32,000 nt of DNA. Source: Limnohabitans sp. Jir61. Its GTDB lineage: Bacteria > Pseudomonadota > Gammaproteobacteria > Burkholderiales > Burkholderiaceae_C. The notes under the pieces were generated by a model. The model was not told the origin of the DNA. It saw only the letters and a list, made by a program, of their open reading frames with translations, and did not search any database. Position numbers and translations under genes: made by a program. The stretch spans positions 1,100,790-1,132,789 of the forward strand of contig NZ_NESD01000001.1 in assembly GCF_003063545.1 (NCBI RefSeq). Reading direction: 5' to 3'. Below are positions 21,734 through 29,040 of this stretch, in pieces. Within the stretch, counting starts at the first letter, position 1; each line of letters starts with the position of its first letter.

Positions 21734-22098
21734 GCACAAGCATGACTAAGCTCACACAACAAGACCTGCTCCACTTCACAGGTACATCTGCCTACTATCG
21801 GATTTCAAAGAGGTTCCTGCTAACGGATGGCACCAAGTACTTGTGCGAACAAGCTGGTTGCTTTTGGTTAATGGATGCGGCGTCGAGCCACTTGCTTGAG
21901 ATTGGAGTGGGTGATTGGTTTGTGCTTGTTCGATTGAAATGTGAACAAGAGCGAGCCACGCTCTACTTTGAGGATGGCAACGGGCACGAATATGCGCGAC
22001 AAGAGATTGAGTACACGGACTTCCCGTTGAGTGAGATCACCTTGTACGCATGTTGGGATGGTGAGCACTGGGTACTGATGCTGCCCAGCGAGTACTAA
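21730..22098 (+). CDS. hypothetical protein resembling the DUF6876-type family found on plasmids and ICEs
   Basis: LTQQDLLHFTGTSAYYRISKRFLLTDGTKYLCEQAGCFWLMDAASSH matches my recollection of this family (LTxxDLxxFTGTxxYYRH...TDG..Y......AYWL.D). The start may be the ATG at 21742. Confidence 0.5.
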   Translation: MSTSMTKLTQQDLLHFTGTSAYYRISKRFLLTDGTKYLCEQAGCFWLMDAASSHLLEIGVGDWFVLVRLKCEQERATLYFEDGNGHEYARQEIEYTDFPLSEITLYACWDGEHWVLMLPSEY

Positions 22099-22504
22099 GC
22101 TACGTTAAGGGGTGGGGTTAGATTAAAACCACCATGATCTAGATCTCGTACCCCTAAAAAAATAGCAGCGCAGATTTTTACGGGCAGCTATGTCGGTCTG
22201 GGCTCCACTAAGTTACGCCGCATTAAAAGCCCTACAGCGCAAAATCTTCCTTGTGGGCTGGCTTGGGTAGCTGGGCGCACTAACTTTAGCTTGTAGGGCT
22301 TGTTTATAAGTAGGCACAAGATCGTGGCATCTGCGCCACGAAGTTGGCTAAATACAAAACCAAATAAAACAGCGATTTCATTTGGTTGCGGCATAAGTCG
22401 TTGATCTATAAAGCCCGAGGGAATGGACGGATTTCGGTTGCTCAAACCGTACCAATGAAAACAAACTGTTGCTCTGTATTTATTACTTTTTAGGAGAGCA
22501 ACAG

Positions 22505-23077
22505 ATGGGCAAGGCAAAAACTTTTACAAGCGCGGAACTGCGTCGCGTTTTCGATTACCTCGCAACCCGACAGCACGCCATTCGCAATCGCGCGATGGTC
22601 TGCGTGTCGCACATGGGTGGGTTGCGAGTTGGTGAGATCGCAAAACTAACATGGGGTGATGTGATCGGAACAGATGGTCGTGTGAAGGATGAGATACGCC
22701 TCAAGGCCGAGCAGACCAAGGGGCGGCATCCACGCATCGTGTTCATCAGTCCCAAGTTGAAGAAGGAACTGGAAGCCTACGTCGCATCAGTCAAAGCTAG
22801 ACCAAGTGATTGGGCGTTCTTCTACTCACAGAAGAAGCCGCAGCGGGGCTTCACGCCAAACACTTTGGCGCAGTACTTCTTGAGCATGTACAAGAACGCG
22901 GGCATTGATGGTGCGTCAAGTCACTCGGGCCGCAGATCATTCGCAACGAATATCAGTTCAACTGGCACCAGTGTTCGTGTGTTGATGCGACTGCTCGGTC
23001 ACCAAAACATTTCGACAACTATTGGTTATGTAGACGCATCCGATGAGATGCTGCGTAAGGCTGTTACGTTGGCATAA
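22505..23077 (+). CDS. small (190-aa) tyrosine recombinase, catalytic domain only (FimB/FimE-sized)
   Basis: The ATG at 22505 is preceded by GGAGA (22493-22497), while the track ORF starts upstream at 22469. Catalytic residues are in order: GLRVGEI (Arg), TKGRH (Lys), HSGRRSFAT (His-x-x-Arg), LLGHQN (His) and IGYV (Tyr). There is no N-terminal core-binding or arm-binding domain. Confidence 0.85.
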   Translation: MGKAKTFTSAELRRVFDYLATRQHAIRNRAMVCVSHMGGLRVGEIAKLTWGDVIGTDGRVKDEIRLKAEQTKGRHPRIVFISPKLKKELEAYVASVKARPSDWAFFYSQKKPQRGFTPNTLAQYFLSMYKNAGIDGASSHSGRRSFATNISSTGTSVRVLMRLLGHQNISTTIGYVDASDEMLRKAVTLA

Positions 23078-23127
23078 AAAGAAAAACTCGTAAGCCAACT
23101 CCTTGGCTTACAAGTGTTAATGCTTTT

Positions 23128-23211
23128 GATGATCATAGGAACATCTCAACTACAGCTGTCTACATCGATGCCAATGATGACATGCTAAGGCGGGAGGTTG
23201 AGTTGGCTTAA
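23128..23211 (+). pseudogene. 3' remnant (last ~27 codons) of a second, paralogous small tyrosine recombinase
   Basis: It translates to DDHRNISTTAVYIDANDDMLRREVELA*, compared with the intact gene's C-terminus GHQNISTTIGYVDASDEMLRKAVTLA* (16 of 26 identical, including the catalytic His and Tyr). No upstream part of this gene is present. Confidence 0.6.
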
Positions 23212-23735
23212 TTCTCTTTGGTTCCAAGTAAATAATACTCAGGGAACTCGCTGGATTTAACTCTGTTCATAATCTCAGCTCTGCTTAATTGATAAAAATC
23301 CATACAAGCAGATATTGACTTAAAAACACCATTTGGAGTAGCTACTTTTTTGGCATTTCTAGATGATTTTGCCGCAGTAGATTTCCTGTTTAATGGTGGA
23401 GATAAAAAATCAAATCCGACCTTTCCATCTCTAATCCAATTTCTTATATACCGACCGTTTACTCCGTAGTGTTCCCCTGCGGCTTTTAGAGTTTCAAAGA
23501 CGCCAGCTGGTGTTTGGACTCGACGAGCCATGGCATGTTCACCACCATGTGGCGCTTTGAATATTCCATTTCTTCTGTGCTTTAATATTCCTTCACTCAT
23601 TCGCTTTCTAACTTCATCACTAAATACTTTTCCTTTATTGCTTGGAAAAAGGCTTGTATGCTGTTTTTTGTAACTCCACTTACTGAATTCATCCCATTCA
23701 ACTTTTTTTCCATTAGCCAAAGTTACGTATTCCAT
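23208..23735 (-). CDS. DNA-binding protein built from homing-endonuclease-type modules (NUMOD3-like plus two NUMOD1-like HTH), with no recognisable nuclease domain
   Basis: 175 aa. NKGKVFSDEVRKRMSEG resembles NUMOD3. The two repeats VQTPAGVFETLKAAGEHYGVNGRYIRNWIRDGK and VATPNGVFKSISACMDFYQLSRAEIMNRVKSSE resemble NUMOD1. GGAGA lies upstream of the ATG, 17 nt after the AAA+ gene. Confidence 0.55.
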   Translation of the reverse strand: MEYVTLANGKKVEWDEFSKWSYKKQHTSLFPSNKGKVFSDEVRKRMSEGILKHRRNGIFKAPHGGEHAMARRVQTPAGVFETLKAAGEHYGVNGRYIRNWIRDGKVGFDFLSPPLNRKSTAAKSSRNAKKVATPNGVFKSISACMDFYQLSRAEIMNRVKSSEFPEYYLLGTKEN

Positions 23736-23752
23736 TTTTTATCTCCTCTGAT

Positions 23753-24505
23753 TTAGTTCTTGACCAAGCCATCGTTAGCAAGCGATTTCCAATTGACGGG
23801 ATCAACTTGAATCAACATCGCTAACTTGAGTGCCACACGCAAACTCACTGTGTACATGTTTGAAATGTTTTCTTCCATGTACGAGAGCAATTCTGTTTTT
23901 TGAGCTTCTGAAAAATTAAATTGTTTTAGCAAGTCCCTCTTAAAAACCATAAAGCAAACTTGTTTGAATAGACTTTCATTTGATCGGTCTGAAATTGAAA
24001 TAGAAAAACTCCGATCTTTAAGCGCATTCAAGTGCGCTCCAATACTGTTATTTTTGACTTCAAAACCAATATTTGAAATTAGAATAACTCCACCTGAATA
24101 GTCGAAAGTTCCGGGTATTCCAAGCGCTCCAAGTAAATGTGTTGACGATGACCAGCTGATACTTCGTACCTGCTTTGTATCCATTGCCGCTTTCAAAATG
24201 TTCACACCTTCAAGCTTTTTGAACACTGAGTCAATATCGTCCAACACTAATATCTTTCCCTTTTCCTTGTTTTTGTATAGATGCCCGTAAAGGCTTAGTG
24301 CTGTCATCTGTCCAGTAATCATCTTGTAATTGCTTCCCGCATATTTTTTAAGATAAGTTTCAACAGAGTGTGTTTTCCCTACACCAGGGGGACCGTTGAC
24401 AATGAGACTTTTAAAATCGCCCTTACTCATTTTCTCGATATATGACTCTGTACTTGCGTAACGTGCTTCTAAGTCGCTGTAGTCAATGTTTGCGTAGTCG
24501 ATCAT
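23753..24505 (-). CDS. AAA+ ATPase (IstB/DnaC-like size and P-loop)
   Basis: 250 aa with Walker A LIVNGPPGVGKTH, Walker B ILVLDDIDSVF, a sensor-1-like VILISN and an Arg-finger-like LNALKDRS. Confidence 0.8.
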   Translation of the reverse strand: MIDYANIDYSDLEARYASTESYIEKMSKGDFKSLIVNGPPGVGKTHSVETYLKKYAGSNYKMITGQMTALSLYGHLYKNKEKGKILVLDDIDSVFKKLEGVNILKAAMDTKQVRSISWSSSTHLLGALGIPGTFDYSGGVILISNIGFEVKNNSIGAHLNALKDRSFSISISDRSNESLFKQVCFMVFKRDLLKQFNFSEAQKTELLSYMEENISNMYTVSLRVALKLAMLIQVDPVNWKSLANDGLVKN

Positions 24506-24527
24506 GTTTAAATGCCTTTCTGGTTAG

Positions 24528-24650
24528 GTATGAAATCACCGCGATTTCATGAGATCAATTATTCCAATTTGTCCTGTTTTACGATGCCCGTATCTTTATA
24601 TGTGGCAATTACTTGTTAAGATAACTGACCTTAAATCATCACTTAAGTGA
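24528..24650 (-). promoter_or_regulatory. 123-nt promoter/operator/leader module, copy A (upstream of the AAA+ gene)
   Basis: This module is colinear with 26050-26172 and has identical internal spacing. It comprises a 44-nt block (37 of 44 identical), the identical 16-mer CAATTACTTGTTAAGA (24606-24621) and the perfect 12-bp palindrome TCACTTAAGTGA (24639-24650). The leader also contains ATGAAATC-ACCGC-GATTTCAT (24530-24550). Confidence 0.55.
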
Positions 24651-24661
24651 CGCTTTGCGAC

Positions 24662-25675
24662 CTATGCCATGCCTCTATCCAAATCCATTGAAGCGGCCAT
24701 GCGTTCTTGCCATTGCGAGTGACTTTTCTCAGCGGCGTCAGCCTCTTTGTCGCTGAGGTAGTTGTACAAGTCACCAGCCCAAACGTGCTCTTCAACTTTC
24801 TCCAGCTCTTCTTCCCAATCAAGCACGCCGTTGTAGATGTGCTTGGCTAGCCTGTTGATCACCATATGCTCGAAGTCAATGCCGGGCGGGATGAAGAAGC
24901 AAACACGAATATCCGCAATGTGGCTGCCTCGGTCAAAGCGCCTCACGCCTCTACCAACCAAGAAGAGGAGGTCACTTCCTGCGTGAACCTTCTTTTCAGC
25001 TTTCCAAGCTGGCATCTCAAATGAAGCAACTGGCTGTGCTTCAAATATATCCATCATCCGAAGTATCAGGATGCGAGCGCGATTGATCAGTGCTTCACGA
25101 CTCATTCCAATCTTTGCCCGTTGTTGATACTGCTGAGATGCCTTACTGATTGAAGTGCGTTTTAGCCATTCAAGAAAATCCTTCGCGGTGACTTCTTGTA
25201 AGCAAGCCTCCAGCAACGCATTTCCATAATCATTTACAAGTTTCGGTTTGATCGTTGCGCCGTAGACGTATCGAATCACTAGACTGATTTCGGTGCTATT
25301 GCTTTGGATGCGGATGTCTTGATCAAGTAGGTGGCCTCGAAGTGTGGAGTAGAAGTTGCCAGAGTGTTCGCTGTTCTCTATGTCAATGTATGTGGCATAA
25401 ATGCCAGAAAGACTTGTGTACAAGCTATCCCTGTACTTGATCTGCGACTTGATGACACCTGACTTTATTTTCTTGAGCTTGTCGGATTGCTTCTTGATGA
25501 AGTCCGTTACTTCTGCCTCTTGCTTGTCAATTACGGCCTTGCGCTTTTTGGCCGCAGGACTTAATTGAATTTGCTTGCCCTTTGAATGTATTGGAAGCGT
25601 TATGACGTTGCCGGTAGTATCTTTAACAATACTTTTTCTTTTCAGTTCATTTGCTATCGCTGTTGCTTGACTCAT
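24662..25675 (-). CDS. hypothetical protein (337 aa), no recognisable domain
   Basis: It is a clean ORF with GAGGT 5 nt upstream of the ATG. The N-terminus is basic (KRKSIVKD..., AAKKRKAVIDKQ) and the C-terminus is acidic and Trp-rich. I recognise no motifs. Confidence 0.6.
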   Translation of the reverse strand: MSQATAIANELKRKSIVKDTTGNVITLPIHSKGKQIQLSPAAKKRKAVIDKQEAEVTDFIKKQSDKLKKIKSGVIKSQIKYRDSLYTSLSGIYATYIDIENSEHSGNFYSTLRGHLLDQDIRIQSNSTEISLVIRYVYGATIKPKLVNDYGNALLEACLQEVTAKDFLEWLKRTSISKASQQYQQRAKIGMSREALINRARILILRMMDIFEAQPVASFEMPAWKAEKKVHAGSDLLFLVGRGVRRFDRGSHIADIRVCFFIPPGIDFEHMVINRLAKHIYNGVLDWEEELEKVEEHVWAGDLYNYLSDKEADAAEKSHSQWQERMAASMDLDRGMA

Positions 25676-25735
25676 TTTTTACCTCTATAAAAAGATAATG
25701 AGCGCCACCTCATAAATGACGCTCATAGAATTAAG

Positions 25736-26008
25736 TTAGACCAATTTTTTGAATACTTGACTTATTTCCAGCGCAAGTTGTTCAGCAAATTCAACTCTGG
25801 CTTCCCACTCGTCGGTGGTTTCATAGTCAATAGTGTGAACTTCATCCCCCATTAATTGAACACTCCAGCAACCGTTGTAGCTTGATTTAGAGAGGACTTT
25901 AATAGCCTTATGAGCTAAAGCAACAGGTACGTCCATGACATTGAAGTAGTGAACGTAGCAAGAGTGGCTAAAAATCGCCATTGGATTTTTTGTAAACGTA
26001 ACTGACAT
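25736..26008 (-). CDS. hypothetical small protein (90 aa)
   Basis: The ATG at 26008 has GGAGA 5 nt upstream (the track starts at 26020). It is the first gene after regulatory copy B. A hairpin ATGAGCG (25698-25704) / CGCTCAT (25720-25726) separates it from the 337-aa gene. Confidence 0.5.
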   Translation of the reverse strand: MSVTFTKNPMAIFSHSCYVHYFNVMDVPVALAHKAIKVLSKSSYNGCWSVQLMGDEVHTIDYETTDEWEARVEFAEQLALEISQVFKKLV

Positions 26009-26049
26009 AAGAATCTCCATTTTTTAGTAACTAAACCCGTTACCGATGG

Positions 26050-26172
26050 GTAAGAAATCACTGCGATCTCATGGGTTTAATTATTTCAATTTGATGCTTT
26101 TCCCGAACTAGATAACTTTATTAGAGACAATTACTTGTTAAGAAAAATGAGGGCAAAGTGTCACTTAAGTGA
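26050..26172 (-). promoter_or_regulatory. 123-nt promoter/operator/leader module, copy B (upstream of the 90-aa gene, in the divergent region shared with the 26296 gene)
   Basis: It has the same three conserved blocks as copy A at the same spacing. The 44-nt block is at 26050-26093, CAATTACTTGTTAAGA at 26128-26143 and TCACTTAAGTGA at 26161-26172. Confidence 0.55.
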
Positions 26173-26295
26173 GGGTTCTAACGAGTAGGGCAGGGGTTGA
26201 TACCAGAGTCGACAGCTAAAAGGTCATCAAAACTAGTGATTTCAAGCCTGCCACTGCTATCATGAGCACTTAGACGATCAATTAGCTGTTAAGAA

Positions 26296-27042
26296 ATGGC
26301 CACCTTCTTCCTTGCTCCATATCCAACCTTCGGAACTGCGAAGAACCGCAAGTCCGAGGCATTCCAGAAGCGGAGCCCCTACTTCTGGTGGTGGGAGTAC
26401 TTGCGGCGCAATCAAGACTACCTAGACTGCTGTGCCAACGGGGGCAGTGGACGACTAGCTGAGCTATATAAAGACTTCGGAGATGTCCGTGACAAAGAGT
26501 TCCGTGTCTGGTGGCAAGAAGATCGTCGTGGCTCAAGACTGTTTGGTGAACGGCAACTTGACGTCAAGTTCCATGAGATCGACTCTGCCGCTGACTGGAA
26601 TGCTGGCTGGACAAAAGACAAGGTGATGGTTGTCGCGTTCCCTTTAACAGTGGGCAAGCGCAGACTGATGGGTGACATTCGAAAGTTGTTAGATAAGCGT
26701 CACACAGGCAAGCAGGGAAGGCCAGCACTTGCGAAGGTTGAAAGCACAGCGAAGTACAAGCTATCAAGGAACTACACGACAGCCAACCTTGAGACCGCTC
26801 TAAATGTTTATGACATATGGGTCGCAAACAGCGCGAAGCCTAAAACAGAGCAGACCAAGCAGTGGGAAATCGGGGTGGAACTCAAGCTAAACAAGCTAGC
26901 GATCAAGGATGCCTACTCAGGACTAAAGCAAGACCGTGCTGTGAGCCGTAATCTACTTGGAGCTCTTGTGAAGCGTTATCTGACGCAAGCCCAAAAAACA
27001 ATCAAGAGCCTTGAAGAGGGCGTCTTTCCTGTCATTAAATAA
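26296..27042 (+). CDS. putative regulator with WEYLRRN motif (DUF6499/DUF2285-like), first gene of the zor operon
   Basis: 248 aa. KRSPYFWWWEYLRRNQDYLDCC resembles the WE(F/Y)LRRNxxY N-terminal motif of ICE-associated regulator-domain proteins. It ends 30 nt before zorA on the same strand, and I see no terminator between them. Confidence 0.5.
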   Translation: MATFFLAPYPTFGTAKNRKSEAFQKRSPYFWWWEYLRRNQDYLDCCANGGSGRLAELYKDFGDVRDKEFRVWWQEDRRGSRLFGERQLDVKFHEIDSAADWNAGWTKDKVMVVAFPLTVGKRRLMGDIRKLLDKRHTGKQGRPALAKVESTAKYKLSRNYTTANLETALNVYDIWVANSAKPKTEQTKQWEIGVELKLNKLAIKDAYSGLKQDRAVSRNLLGALVKRYLTQAQKTIKSLEEGVFPVIK

Positions 27043-27072
27043 TTCAATAAAAACGGTCTATCGGAGAATTAA

Positions 27073-29034
27073 ATGAGCCCTACAGAACTGGCTGTTTTTA
27101 GCGTAATCGCAATCCTTGTAATTTCATTCTTTGTGAAGTTTGTAGCTCCTTCAAGAGCGGTACAGAAGTCCCTACGCGAGGCGGTTTCAAGGCTTGAGCA
27201 AACAGAACCAAATTCAACGCCTCAAAAGGTATCTGAGATTTTTTCTTCCGACAAAACACTTCTTGGACTGTGGAAGGAGTTCGCGAAGACGCTTCATGAG
27301 CAAAGGGAATTACGAAATGGAGAGCTTCAGACGACGGCTGTGTTTTCGACTGTTACTGCTGATGCTTACTTCAATCCTGAAACGGTCTTTGAGGGACCAA
27401 TCAACAGCGAGTTCTTCAAGCATCTTCCCGGCGTACTGACTGGGTGCGGAATTATTGGTACATTTTTTGGCTTGATTATTGGTTTACACAGTTTTGCTTC
27501 GATCCAGCTAGGTAACTCACAAGCGACACAGCAAGGACTTCAGCTACTGATGGACTCAGTTAGCGGAGCTTTTACGGTTTCAACAGCAGCGATCATTTCA
27601 GCGATGGTGATCACGGTAATTGAGAAGTATCTAGTCAAGTCGCTAACTGCTGATGTTCAGAATTTGGTACAGGCGATTGACCAGCTTTACGACGCAGGTG
27701 CTAGCGAAGACTATCTCGCTAGGCTGGTGAAGGCTTCAGAGGATTCATCCGCGCAAACGCGAGTTTTAAAAGACGCACTTGTACAGGAGTTAGGTGATTT
27801 ATTGCGTGAGCTGACTGCCGCACAGATCAAGGCTTCGTCTGAGAACACCGGCGCCTTAGGTGCTTCTATTGGCCAAAGCATCAAAGATAGTCTTCAAGGA
27901 CCAATGGAGACAGTGGCTGAAATCGTTAAAGGTGCTAGTGGTGATCAATCCGCGACTGCCTCCAAGCTTCTCCAAGAGGTAATGACGAGCTTTAGTCAAA
28001 AACTTAGCGACCTTTTTGGAAGTCAAATCTCAGATATCAACAGACTTAATCAAGAAACCTCCGTCAGCATTAAAGAAGCTATGGGGGAAATTCAGAAGCT
28101 TGTTTCGTCTCTTGAGAACTCAGGTCAAAAGGCCGCTGAGCAAATGTCAGAAAAGATGTTCGTCGCGCTTGAAAAGATGTCCGCTAAACAAGAGGCTATT
28201 GACGGACAGACTGCGGCTTTTGTGAATGAGCTTAAGAAAATTGTGACCGAAGGACAAGCTGAGGCTCAGCAAAAGATGATCGAAACCATGTCGGCGATGT
28301 CAGAGCAAATCACTAAGCTAACGGGAAAGATGGGCGAAGAACAAAACGCTATTCATGAGAAGAGCCAGAACCGTGAAAAGGAAATGTCTGATCGTGCTCA
28401 AAACATTGTTTCAGGCATGACTGACAGTGTTAAGTCAGCAGTGGAAGAAATTGCCAAGGCGTCTATAACCATGTCTGACAGTGTTGCCACGCTCAGCCGA
28501 ACAACAACTTCTGCTATTGATCGGATGAACGGAGGAGCTGAATTAATCGCAAATGCTTCACAAGAATTTAGTGAAGCAGGAAAATCTGTAAGTGGCGTCC
28601 TGAATCAATCATCGTCCTTAGTTGATCGAATCACATCTTCAAGTAGAAGCATTGAAAACAGCACTAATGCCCTCGAAGAATCGTTGAGAGACTACAAATT
28701 ACAACGATCAAGCATCTCTGAAATGCTCACAGAAATTCGGAACACGGTTGAGCTTGCGAAGAAAGAAGCAGGACTTACAGCTGACGTACTTTCAAAATTG
28801 GATAAAGCGACATCTCAGTTGGGTCAAGCTGAGTTGGCAGCTGAAGCTTATCTAGCCAACGTGAGCAAAGTTTTAGCAGAGTCTCATGAGAGTTTTACTC
28901 GCGAGATGAACAACTCAGTCAATACATCTAATCGTGAGTTCCACAACCACCTGAAGACGGCAGTAGATTTGCTTGCGACAACTATCGGTGATCTTGAAGC
29001 TTCGCTTGGTAGCGTCATCGGCAAAAAAGGCTAA
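27073..29034 (+). CDS. zorA: ZorA-like protein: MotA/ExbB/TolQ-type ion-channel domain with a long helical C-terminal tail
   Basis: 653 aa with GGAGA 5 nt upstream. It has TM1 LAVFSVIAILVISFFVKFVAP. The MotA/ExbB-like TM hairpin is LPGVLTGCGIIGTFFGLIIGLHSF followed by AFTVSTAAIISAMVITVIEKYLV. About 450 residues of uninterrupted Ala/Glu/Lys/Ser/Gln-rich helical sequence follow. Confidence 0.8.
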   Translation: MSPTELAVFSVIAILVISFFVKFVAPSRAVQKSLREAVSRLEQTEPNSTPQKVSEIFSSDKTLLGLWKEFAKTLHEQRELRNGELQTTAVFSTVTADAYFNPETVFEGPINSEFFKHLPGVLTGCGIIGTFFGLIIGLHSFASIQLGNSQATQQGLQLLMDSVSGAFTVSTAAIISAMVITVIEKYLVKSLTADVQNLVQAIDQLYDAGASEDYLARLVKASEDSSAQTRVLKDALVQELGDLLRELTAAQIKASSENTGALGASIGQSIKDSLQGPMETVAEIVKGASGDQSATASKLLQEVMTSFSQKLSDLFGSQISDINRLNQETSVSIKEAMGEIQKLVSSLENSGQKAAEQMSEKMFVALEKMSAKQEAIDGQTAAFVNELKKIVTEGQAEAQQKMIETMSAMSEQITKLTGKMGEEQNAIHEKSQNREKEMSDRAQNIVSGMTDSVKSAVEEIAKASITMSDSVATLSRTTTSAIDRMNGGAELIANASQEFSEAGKSVSGVLNQSSSLVDRITSSSRSIENSTNALEESLRDYKLQRSSISEMLTEIRNTVELAKKEAGLTADVLSKLDKATSQLGQAELAAEAYLANVSKVLAESHESFTREMNNSVNTSNREFHNHLKTAVDLLATTIGDLEASLGSVIGKKG

Positions 29035-29040
29035 TAGATA

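Noticed and set aside
22168-22336. Outer 8-bp inverted repeat GCGCAGAT/ATCTGCGC considered as independent evidence for an invertible element
   Set aside because: An 8-bp inverted repeat within about 200 nt is expected by chance about once in a region of this size. I keep it only as context for the 10-bp repeat.
22188-22517. 109-aa minus-strand ORF covering the GC-rich patch and overlapping the small recombinase start
   Set aside because: It has no SD-like sequence, an odd composition and no motif, and it overlaps the recombinase translation-initiation region. I treat the region as non-coding structured DNA or RNA instead.
23753-24505. IstB-like ATPase as part of an IS21-family insertion sequence
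   Set aside because: I could not find an IstA-type transposase gene or terminal inverted repeats. The upstream 337-aa protein has no DDE or HTH transposase features that I can see.
27194-28225. Alternative-frame ORFs inside zorA (27194-27439 and 28016-28225)
   Set aside because: They are embedded in the 653-aa ZorA-like frame, are Arg/Leu/Ser-rich frame-shift translations and have no independent support.
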